DNA from: an uncultured Rivularia sp.
GTDB taxonomy: Bacteria; Cyanobacteriota; Cyanobacteriia; Cyanobacteriales; Nostocaceae
Direction: 5' to 3'
Assembly: GCA_963665115.1 (NCBI GenBank)
Contig: OY762007.1
Location: 3,200,001 to 3,264,000, forward strand
Length of the DNA: 64,000 nucleotides
Shown: positions 55,653 through 64,000 of the stretch, in pieces
How the letters are laid out: the number at the start of each line of letters is the position of its first letter
Position numbering within the stretch: position 1 is the first letter of the stretch
Position numbers and translations under genes: made by a program
The notes under the pieces: generated by a model
Told to the model about the DNA's origin: nothing
The model's database searches: none
What the model saw: the letters and a program-made list of their open reading frames with translations, nothing else

Positions 55653-55805
55653 ATGTTTATTCCCAAAATGCTTTCAAATGTAGCTCAGTACATTTCTGAA
55701 GCGGTAATGCGGATTTTTGGCCCTAGCGATGATGCTTATCCAAATAGTGGGGTTCAACCATTTACAGGTGAAATTTATAAAAAAAGCACAGTTAGTACAT
55801 GGTAA
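55653..55805 (+). CDS. Conserved cyanobacterial small protein (50 aa)
   Basis: MFIPKMLSNVAQYISEAVMRIFGPSDDAYPNSGVQPFTGEIYKKSTVSTW; AAGGAG RBS; hairpin downstream. Confidence 0.8.
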   Translation: MFIPKMLSNVAQYISEAVMRIFGPSDDAYPNSGVQPFTGEIYKKSTVSTW

Positions 55806-55919
55806 ACGATTCAGACAAAGATGAATCAACATAAAATTAAGCCGGTGGTTAAAGACAACTTTCAACCTCCGGCTTTTCCGATCGAGACTTTGCAATGCAA
55901 CGTCTTTAGATTTTCATAT

Positions 55920-56622
55920 TTAATTTTCTTGCAAACTTAATTGACGAAGCAAATATTGCTGTCGATTAAATTCTTTCTGTTCTGATGTTAGTACGTCGTA
56001 ATTGATTGGAGGGACGCATTTCCCACTGAAGTTCGGCTAAAAGTAGTAAACTCATTCCCATAATTAAACCAGTAGCCAGAAACTGTTTACCACCACAGTA
56101 GGATAAAAGTAGAATCCCAAATAGATGAATTGCTGCCGTAATTACAAAAGTGCGCGATTTGACAGCCCACGCTGTGATGACATAACCAGTTGCACTTAAT
56201 CCCAACCATAAGGGACACAAACGCATCAAAACTTGTCCCCAACCGAGAAAAATTCCTAAATCAGTTAAAAGAACACCGCTTAGCATCAAAGCCACCCAAG
56301 CATATATCAACCAGCGCAAACGTTCTACGCTTACCCAAAACCAGGTAAATGCAATCATTGTTGCCGTACCAATTGCAGTCAACGCTGTCCATAAAATTGC
56401 TTGTGTAGCCCAGCTAATGGGTAAATATTGCGCTGTAATGAAGATGCCCGCGCATATTAAGCCCCAAACGATAAATACTTGGTCTATTCGAGTATAAAAT
56501 CCGGAAATAACTTTTACATTACCAATTTTGCCACTTATCCGCCAAATACCTTGTAAATCCTGGTAATCTAAATCTTCCTGCTTATCGCGGAGGAATGGTT
56601 GAGATAACGTCAAAAAAGCCAT
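55920..56622 (-). CDS. Conserved membrane protein, probable +1 frameshift near the C-terminus (about 56012)
   Basis: About six TM segments; removing one base extends the C-terminus to WEMRPPINYDVLTSEQKEFNRQQ...EN*. Confidence 0.75.
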
Positions 56623-57039
56623 TAGCAGTCATCCGCCGTAAGTAATAAATTTATATATCTATAGAAGTATCTTAATAAATCTTCATGATTTTTTGCAACC
56701 TATTTTTAAAGAAAATACCGGAAATTAGTTTGTTTTGAACTTTTGTAAGAAGGATGTTTATGGTAAACCATTTATATGGACTTTATATTGCAGTGACTGT
56801 AGGCTGCGTAAATCTGAAGCTTAGGGGAATTAAATTAATCGATTTCGGATTGTTCGCATGGATAAATCCAAAGGTTTAAAAATTTTAGATCGATCTTTAA
56901 CAAGACAGTTTCAGAGTTGAGGCTGCCTTGCTCAAAACGAAAATCTAAAATCTAAAATCTAAAATCCAAAATCCAAAATTGATTGAGTCATTGTCAAGCT
57001 GAAGCCAGCTTTGATAATAACGAGGATAATCAAAATAAA

Positions 57040-57453
57040 ATGCTTTGGAAATTTATAGTTGGTACTTTAGTATTACCTTGCTGTTTAGGACTTGAGACAG
57101 CTTCAGCAGCAATTAAAAGAGATGTTCAAATTACAGCACAGTCGGAACAATTAGAATTACTTTCCACTGACGAAGAGATTAATGCAGAAGAAGCGATACC
57201 TGCGATAAACCAAAACGATTATAAAATTAGTCATCACAAAAGACGTTATCGCAAACGTAATCATTACAAGCGCCGTCATTACCAACGACGTAATTACCAC
57301 CCAAATTATCGAAGAGTTAATTATCGCAATAATTATCAAGATTGCCCTGAGTCTCGTCGTAGAAGAAGCAACTACCGTCCTACATATTACCGACAAGAGG
57401 CTTATCCTATCAACGGTATGATTTATCGTCGGCATTATTATCGCCGTCATTAA
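57040..57453 (+). CDS. Exported low-complexity protein with an acidic middle and an Arg/Tyr/His/Asn-rich tail
   Basis: GAGG RBS, signal-like N-terminus MLWKFIVG..ASA, terminator hairpin downstream. Confidence 0.7.
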   Translation: MLWKFIVGTLVLPCCLGLETASAAIKRDVQITAQSEQLELLSTDEEINAEEAIPAINQNDYKISHHKRRYRKRNHYKRRHYQRRNYHPNYRRVNYRNNYQDCPESRRRRSNYRPTYYRQEAYPINGMIYRRHYYRRH

Positions 57454-57476
57454 GATATTGCGATTTAAATGAATCA

Positions 57477-57509
57477 TAGCCCGGTTTCTTGGAGGAGCCG
57501 GGATTTTTT
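57477..57509 (+). terminator. Intrinsic terminator
   Basis: CCCGGTTTCT-TGG-AGGAGCCGGG followed by ATTTTTT. Confidence 0.7.
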
Positions 57510-57593
57510 GTATATTTAGGGAATGGAGAATGGGGAATAGGGAAAAGCTATCAGTTAATAATTAAATTCCTACTTCTTACTCCCTGTAAAAAT

Positions 57594-58295
57594 CTAATTA
57601 ATCATTAATTTATTTAACACAAAAGCTAAAGCCGCGCTTCCCAAAGGAACGGTTAAATTATCGATACCAAGAATTGAAATCGCTTCCAAACCAGTAGCAA
57701 CTAAAGCTACAACTATGGATATTAGCCAAGTTTGCCAAGTATTACCTTGTACGCTTTGTAAAATTAAGATACTAATAATAAAGCTAACTAATGTCATAGT
57801 TAGAGAACCTTCTAAACTTTTCTGACCTCCTAATACATTGTATTTATGCTTACCAAAACGCTGACCGATGAGTGCTGCTAATCCATCTCCCCATGCCATA
57901 ATTAATATTCCTAGTACGGCATAGAATGGTTCTTCTAAATACCAAAACCAGCCAACTAAAATGCCAATACTAACAGAATAGAAAAAAGTCCCCAAACTTT
58001 TACGCCCGACGCTATTTATACCGGGAAAAATGGGAAATCGATAGGACAACAAAGTAAATGCGCTTGCTAAAATCGAAGCAGTAATACCTATACTTGCAGG
58101 AATATCTAGCCACCAAGCAAGTAGAATTACATTACCAGTACCAATATGAACTATCTTTCGGATAATTTCCGAATCGCTTTTAGCAAAACGTTTGACTCCT
58201 CCGGCACTAAGAAGAATTAGCGACACCCAAATACCAACGGCTATAATTTGCAGCCACAGAGGCGGAATCGAATCTATAACAGTAAATGAACTCAA
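57594..58295 (-). CDS. Phytol/polyprenol (dolichol-like) kinase family protein
   Basis: RKIVHIGTG, WGDGLAALIG, KSLEGS, GIDNLTVP. Confidence 0.88.
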   Translation of the reverse strand: MSSFTVIDSIPPLWLQIIAVGIWVSLILLSAGGVKRFAKSDSEIIRKIVHIGTGNVILLAWWLDIPASIGITASILASAFTLLSYRFPIFPGINSVGRKSLGTFFYSVSIGILVGWFWYLEEPFYAVLGILIMAWGDGLAALIGQRFGKHKYNVLGGQKSLEGSLTMTLVSFIISILILQSVQGNTWQTWLISIVVALVATGLEAISILGIDNLTVPLGSAALAFVLNKLMIN

Positions 58296-58368
58296 TTTAA
58301 ATATAATTAGTTAGAAATTTTTTCCCTTATTACCAATTTATCGGATTTTCGTTACCGTATTCCAAACT

Positions 58369-58593
58369 ATGAAACTATTATTTATTTGGTTTATTCGGTT
58401 TTACCGGATGTTCATCTCACCACTATTTCCCCCGACTTGTCGCTTTCAACCCACTTGTTCGATGTACGCCATGCAAGCAATTGAACGTTTCGGTGTGTTG
58501 CGAGGTTCTTGGTTAGGTGTTCGCCGTATTTGCCGCTGTCATCCATTCCATCCTGGTGGTTACGATCCAGTTCCGGAAGAGGATGGGAGGTGA
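58369..58593 (+). CDS. yidD: Membrane protein insertion efficiency factor
   Basis: [28 protein letters not shown]. Confidence 0.95.
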   Translation: MKLLFIWFIRFYRMFISPLFPPTCRFQPTCSMYAMQAIERFGVLRGSWLGVRRICRCHPFHPGGYDPVPEEDGR

Positions 58594-58960
58594 GGGGATG
58601 GGAGAGAAGGGGACAAGGGGACAAGGAGACAAGGGGAGAGGGGGTAGAGGGGGTAGAGGGGGGAGAGGGGGTAGATAATTATTAATTCCTAATTCTGAAC
58701 TGCTAACTTCGTCAAAATCGTGAATACTTTAATTTGTAGTGCGTTAGCGGAGCGTGTCCGCAAGGACATACATCTTGCTCGCTGGTAACTGGTAATTAGT
58801 AACTGCTAACTGCTAACTTTGTCAAAATTGTGAATACTTTAATTTGTAGTGCGTTAGCGGAGCGTGTCCCGCAAGGACATACATCTTGCTCGCTGGTAAC
58901 TAACTGGTAACTGGTAACTGGTAACTGGTAACTCCTAACTCTTAACTCTTAACTTTTAAC
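58594..58960. repeat. Composite repeat region: purine-rich tandem repeats, a roughly 110-bp tandem duplication and STRRs
   Basis: The unit AACTGCTAACTT.GTCAAAAT.GTGAATAC...CATCTTGCTCGCTGGTAACT occurs at about 58698 and 58808. Confidence 0.85.
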
Positions 58961-59010
58961 TTACAAACCAAAAGCATCCGTTGTTAAAATCTAAAATCAA
59001 AAATACATAA

Positions 59011-59721
59011 ATGCGACCTTATCACAATATTGAAATTGTTGAATGTGACGAACCTTTGAGAAAGATTCCGCTGTCAGATTTTGGGGTGGAATCTCCTCAT
59101 CCTTATGAAAAATTAGGCGCACCTTATGGAGAACATTCTCCTTATTTTCTGCGTGAAACTCTTGTGGATTATTTGATAGAGGCTCAAAATTATCTGCAAA
59201 AACTTCGTCCCGATTGGCGTATTCAAATTTTTGATGCTTATCGCCCTGTGGCAGTACAGAAGTTTATGGTTAATTACACTTTTACTCAAGCTGTGGAGGA
59301 AAAAGGATTAACTGAATCAAGTTTGTCAGAAACACAAAGACAAAGTATTTGGGAAGAGGTTTATAAAATTTGGGCTGAACCTAGTTTGGATGAAAAAACC
59401 CCTCCTCCTCATTCTACTGGTGGTGCGGTAGATATAACTTTGGTTGATGAAATGGGACAAACAATAAATATGGGTTCGCCAATTGATGAGCTTTCCGATA
59501 GATCGCTTCCCGATTATTATGCTGATATTCAACATGAAGAAGCGTTGAGCTATCACGCGAATCGTTTGTTGCTAAAAGATGTGATGGAAAAAGCTGGATT
59601 TACACGCAATCCTAGAGAATGGTGGCATTTTTCATTTGGCGATCAAATGTGGGCTTGGTTGAATAATGAAGCGAATGGTGATAAAAAGTGTGTTGCTTGT
59701 TATGGGAGAGTAGGTGGTTAG
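59011..59721 (+). CDS. D-Ala-D-Ala dipeptidase (peptidase M15D, VanX/DdpX-like)
   Basis: FDAYRP, PHSTGGAVD, EWWHF. Confidence 0.92.
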   Translation: MRPYHNIEIVECDEPLRKIPLSDFGVESPHPYEKLGAPYGEHSPYFLRETLVDYLIEAQNYLQKLRPDWRIQIFDAYRPVAVQKFMVNYTFTQAVEEKGLTESSLSETQRQSIWEEVYKIWAEPSLDEKTPPPHSTGGAVDITLVDEMGQTINMGSPIDELSDRSLPDYYADIQHEEALSYHANRLLLKDVMEKAGFTRNPREWWHFSFGDQMWAWLNNEANGDKKCVACYGRVGG

Positions 59722-59732
59722 TTGTTAGTTGA

Positions 59733-59945
59733 TAAGCTGACGTGCAGCTAAATTGTATAAGGTAAAGAATTTGAACGATTGTAGTGCGGGCATCTTGCCC
59801 GCTTCTCATATACAAATTGAATACGCAACAGCTTAGTTGTTAAATCAGCTGGCGATTAAATATGCCCTCCGGGCACGCAATACCTACGGTACGCTCCGCT
59901 AGGCGCTAACACGGCTACACAAACAAAGTCCGCCTGCGCGGACTG
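59733..59945. repeat. TAAGCT...AGCTTA repeat followed by a second nested repeat family
   Basis: GTAGTGCGGGCATCTTGCCCGCT core; second element related to 61260-61312. Confidence 0.7.
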
Positions 59946-59973
59946 GATAATCATTAATATCAACTAACAACTA

Positions 59974-61155
59974 TCAACTTTTTGATAAACGTTTCACTTC
60001 TTCACCCCCAAGCATCTCATCTACTTCTGCAAGTATTTGAGGGATTTTATCGGCATGGGGACTGTTTTTCAAAGCTTGTTTGAAATCTAATTTATCAATT
60101 TGATTAGCTTTATTGCCGGGAAACCAATCTCCCCCGCTGCCTAAAAGGTTGTAACGCATTTTTGCGTATTCTGTCATATCGTAAGCAACGGCTAAATTTC
60201 TCAACCACAAAACTATCGGGATATTTACGCTTCCTGGTGTTTCTTCCTGTTTGGGTAAGCCGATATGCCAAGTTTTCGCCCAATCTTCTCCCAATGTGGC
60301 GATCGCCTCTTGTTGTAATTTTTCTAAAATTGGCGGTAATACTTCGGAAGCTTTATCTAATAAATTAATGGTTTTTAGATGTTCGTCAAAATCGCTTGGT
60401 TTTGCTGCACCTAATGATAAGGTATGTACTTGAGGATAGGAGAGACAAAATAAGTCGTTAAATACCATCGGTGACAAAGGAGCGCAAAGTTTAACTAACT
60501 TTTCTGGTGGATCGTAAAGTCTACCGCCTTTGTCGGAAGGACTAATTATAAATACTCCCATATCGTGACGGGTAGCAGCTTCTATTGCGGCCCAATTACT
60601 TTGATTGATGTAATACCAATGCAGGTTGACATAATCGAATTGATTGGTATTAATTGCTTCAACAATAATATCAGTTGGCCCATGAGTAGAAAAGCCGATA
60701 AATTTAATTTTTCCTTGAGCTTGGAATTTTCTAACAATATCTAAACAACCACCGGGACGAATTGTGTTTTCTAAAGTTTCGGCGTTATTAATACCGTGAA
60801 TTCCTAATAAATCGATATAGTCTAATTGCAGATTTTTTAAAGATTGTTCTAAAGTCTTTTCAAATTGTTTGGCATCTGCCTTTGGACCGATTTTAGTTTG
60901 TACTATTAATTTATCGCGAGAAAATTTGGGTAAGACTTTTCCTAGCTGTACTTCCGAAGTTCCATAACCGCGAGCAGTTTCAATATGGTTTATACCGATT
61001 TCTAGAGATTTTTTAATTGTTGCTTCCAAATTTTCTTGGTTTTTGCGGGGAATCTCCTCTTGCGGGACATCTTGCCATTTATATTGATATCTCATCCCAC
61101 CGCAGGAAAACACGGGCATTTGTAATTCGGTGCGTCCAAATCTTCTGTATAGCAT
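59974..61155 (-). CDS. Aldo/keto reductase family oxidoreductase
   Basis: YRRFGRT, HIETARGYGTSE, TK, IGFSTHG. Confidence 0.92.
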   Translation of the reverse strand: MLYRRFGRTELQMPVFSCGGMRYQYKWQDVPQEEIPRKNQENLEATIKKSLEIGINHIETARGYGTSEVQLGKVLPKFSRDKLIVQTKIGPKADAKQFEKTLEQSLKNLQLDYIDLLGIHGINNAETLENTIRPGGCLDIVRKFQAQGKIKFIGFSTHGPTDIIVEAINTNQFDYVNLHWYYINQSNWAAIEAATRHDMGVFIISPSDKGGRLYDPPEKLVKLCAPLSPMVFNDLFCLSYPQVHTLSLGAAKPSDFDEHLKTINLLDKASEVLPPILEKLQQEAIATLGEDWAKTWHIGLPKQEETPGSVNIPIVLWLRNLAVAYDMTEYAKMRYNLLGSGGDWFPGNKANQIDKLDFKQALKNSPHADKIPQILAEVDEMLGGEEVKRLSKS

Positions 61156-61796
61156 TGGGGAAATTAGGATTTGAGAATAAATAGTTACTAAAATTAATAT
61201 TAACTAGTATATATGGGAATTTACGTATATAAACCGGATTTATCATTAGAACTTAAGCCATACCTGGCGGTTGAAACCGCTGCTAGACAAGCAAAACCTG
61301 CCTGCGCGGGTTTATTCTTATTACTAAGATCGAGATGAAAACTATGATTTGGTGGCTCTGCCTCCGGTTATTGCAAATGTTTTTCTAAACAGGCGATTAC
61401 TAAATTATTAATAAAATTAACTCTAAATTCCCAACACTGCCTTAGAATAAATTCCCAAGTTTAAAACAAAGTCTAATCGATCGGACTGGGCTAAGATTTT
61501 GGTGCATTTTAATGTACTTTGCATATCAACCTTGAAATTGGTTTTAAGGTGGTTGTGAAGACTTAACAAGAATAGTGAAAAATCTAAAATAAATAGGACT
61601 GGATAAAAATTTTAGTCTACTTTAGTAGGCTTGGGCTATTAGCCTGGGAATTGATTCCAAGGCGGTTGCTGAAATGATGCAAGATGTTGATTTCAACTGA
61701 CTAAAAATATAGAATGGTGCGTTACGGCATTTTTTATCTACTAATAAAAAAGATATATTTGCGAGCCGTAACACACCCTACAGGACTATATAGACT

Positions 61797-62508
61797 CTAC
61801 ATTTCTCTAACAACTGGCTTATTATCTTTAACTTCGCCAATTAACACTTTATCTACACAGTTAACGAAGATACCGTTTTCTAAAACACCAGGAATGTTGT
61901 TAAGTGTTTTTTCTAAGTTATCTGGGTCGGTGATGTTATCAAATGTGACATCAACTACCATATTGCCTTGGTCGGTAATAACAGGACCTGCTTTTTTTAC
62001 ACCCATGCGGATTTCTGGTTTACCACCGAGTTTGGTAATGGCTTGCATTGCAGGAGTAATTGCCATTGGGATGATTTCTACAGGAACCGCAAAAGTTTCA
62101 CCCAAACGGCTAACTAATTTACCGCTGTCTACAACTACGATAAATTGATTGGCGAGATAGTCTACAACTTTTTCGCGGGTATGGGCAGCACCACCACCTT
62201 TGATCAGGTTTTTGGAAGGATCTACTTCATCTGCACCGTCAATGGCTATATCAATATGGTCTATAGCGTCCAAAGTGGTTAAAGGTACGCCATATTGCTT
62301 GGCTAAAACTTCCGACTGAAAAGATGTGGGGATACCAACGATATCTTTTAACTCGCCAGATTTGAGGCGATCGCCAAGAAACTGAATTGTGAAAGCGGTG
62401 GTTGAACCCGTTCCCAATCCGACGATGGAACCGGATTTCACTAAATTTGCAGCGGCTTTACCGACTTCTTGCTTCATCAACTTTACGGGGGTCTGCTGTT
62501 GCGGTCAT
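61797..62508 (-). CDS. rpiA: Ribose-5-phosphate isomerase A; extra base at about 62489 separates the natural start
   Basis: [32 protein letters not shown] precedes ATG 62508 (MTATADPVKLMKQ after removing one base). Confidence 0.96.
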
Positions 62509-62692
62509 TCCCGAAACTCCTTCTTATAAAACGCCAACAATTACTCCATATTAGAGGTCGAGCGGCTTAGTTTGATAACTTCCATCAGCAATTCTGATAT
62601 TTATTTTAAGGAAAATTACTGAAATCAAGAAACTACTGAGTCACGCTTGTTGTCAGTTAGAATTGGTAAAATTTTGATTACAACTATAAATC

Positions 62693-63469
62693 ATGGGTAA
62701 GTTTATCAGCTCGCTTTCATTAATCTTTTTGATACCGGGGTTTTCCCTGGCAGCTTTTGCTCAATCACAAAACACGCCTAAACAGCCATATTTGGTAAAT
62801 ATGGAACAAGAGCAGAAGCAAAATTTGCCACTACCCGATTTTAATAACGTAAAAGTTGAAGAGCAACAGCCGCAAAATTCAGCACAATCATCTAAGGCTA
62901 TCCAAAGAGTGGTAACGGCAAAATTGATGAGTAACTACTCGAATGGTAATTTTCACGCTGAGAAATTGATGAGTCGGGCTGAGTTAGCCGCGATTATGGT
63001 AAAAACTTTCGGACTCGATAAGCGAAACCTTGCTCCCGAAGATATAAAAGTTGCTGATGTTCCATCTTCTCACTGGGCATACAACGATATTCAAACAGTT
63101 TTGAAAACACAGATCATGCAAGGTTATCGAGGAAATTTATTCTTCCCCAATCAAAGAGTTACTAGAGCCGAAGGTTTGGCGATATTTGCTCAAGCTTATG
63201 GTGTATTTCAGTTTTCCGATGACACCGTAGTTGAAATACTTTCCTCATATTCGGATAAAGAATCAATTCCTAATTGGGCAAAGAAAGCAGTTGCCACAGT
63301 TATAACTGAAGGATTTATCGACAGTTGGCAGCCTCAACTTTCTCCTTTAAAACCAATGACTCGCGGAGATATGGCTTATGTACTGAGTCAATATCTGGAA
63401 AGACAGCAGCCACAAGCAGATACACCTGTTGTTCCCGGTGGTTCGGTGAATCCGCAGCCAGCTTTTTAG
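62693..63469 (+). CDS. S-layer homology (SLH) domain protein
   Basis: Signal peptide; three SLH repeats (SRAE, TRAE, TRGD; DVPSSHWAY). Confidence 0.92.
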   Translation: MGKFISSLSLIFLIPGFSLAAFAQSQNTPKQPYLVNMEQEQKQNLPLPDFNNVKVEEQQPQNSAQSSKAIQRVVTAKLMSNYSNGNFHAEKLMSRAELAAIMVKTFGLDKRNLAPEDIKVADVPSSHWAYNDIQTVLKTQIMQGYRGNLFFPNQRVTRAEGLAIFAQAYGVFQFSDDTVVEILSSYSDKESIPNWAKKAVATVITEGFIDSWQPQLSPLKPMTRGDMAYVLSQYLERQQPQADTPVVPGGSVNPQPAF

Positions 63470-63839
63470 TAGGTTTGTAGTAAGGACTTTAATCCTTAAA
63501 TTGAGGGTTAGAGCCACTTACTACGAACCTTTAATAACTATTGAGATTTTAATCCGAAACTTTTTTAACAGGCTCTAAACCTCCTCCGAAACGCCAAATT
63601 AAAGAGTTTATTGCTTAAAAACGCTACCACACCTTCATTTACCGACAATATAATTCATAATTCGTAATTATTGAAACCAAATATCCCTCCATCTCTCCCT
63701 CTCCCCATCTCCCCATCACTCCATCTCCCCCTCTCCTCCTCTCCCTATCTCCTTATCTTCCCTTCATACTCACCCCAATTACCCGTTCCCGTGGGACAAT
63801 CAGTATACAAATAATTGTAGAGAGGAAAACCCAGTAAAT

Positions 63840-64000
63840 ATGCACCTGAGTGAAATTACTCATCCAAATCAGTTGCACGGGTTATCGATTCGGCAACTTG
63901 AGCAGATTGCCCGTCAAATTCGAGACAAGCATTTACAAACGGTAGCTGCTACCGGCGGACACCTTGGCCCTGGGTTAGGTGTTGTTGAATTAACATTGGG
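63840..64000 (+). CDS. dxs: 1-deoxy-D-xylulose-5-phosphate synthase, 5' part; runs off the window
   Basis: [60 protein letters not shown]. Confidence 0.95.
   Translation, partial: MHLSEITHPNQLHGLSIRQLEQIARQIRDKHLQTVAATGGHLGPGLGVVELTL

Noticed and set aside
58594..58960. Possible CRISPR array
   Set aside because: It is a tandem duplication and heptamer repeats without unique spacers, and there are no cas genes in the window.
17784..62148. Antisense or alternate-frame ORFs overlapping glyQ, the transposase, comEC, lipA, nadE, pncB, rpiA and others
   Set aside because: They are shadows of well-supported genes.

Overview
Chromosomal window from a filamentous, probably heterocyst-forming cyanobacterium (Nostocales-like). 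This rests on the cyanobacterial rRNA/ITS, psaX, ndhB, HIP1 (GCGATCGC) sites and heptamer STRR repeats. It contains two complete tandem rRNA operons (16S-Ile-Ala-23S-5S, minus strand) separated by transposase remnants, two tRNA-Ser genes and a probable 6S RNA behind an unannotated psaX. It also holds an intact IS66-family element with an 8-bp target duplication, housekeeping genes (nadA, glyQ, comEC, larE, lipA, ndhB, pncB-nadD-nrtR-nadE, yidD, rpiA, dxs), several signalling kinases and many nested REP/MITE-like repeats. The best candidate for an undescribed system is a three-gene minus-strand cluster at 38.6-42.1 kb. It encodes an AetD-like heme-oxygenase-like diiron oxidase, a FOXRED2-like flavoenzyme and a SAM methyltransferase, in an AT-rich block beside a 1910-aa Ser/Thr-kinase/His-kinase hybrid. 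Six genes carry a single extra base in a short homopolymer, most likely sequencing error. All family assignments come from motif recognition and recall, not database searches.
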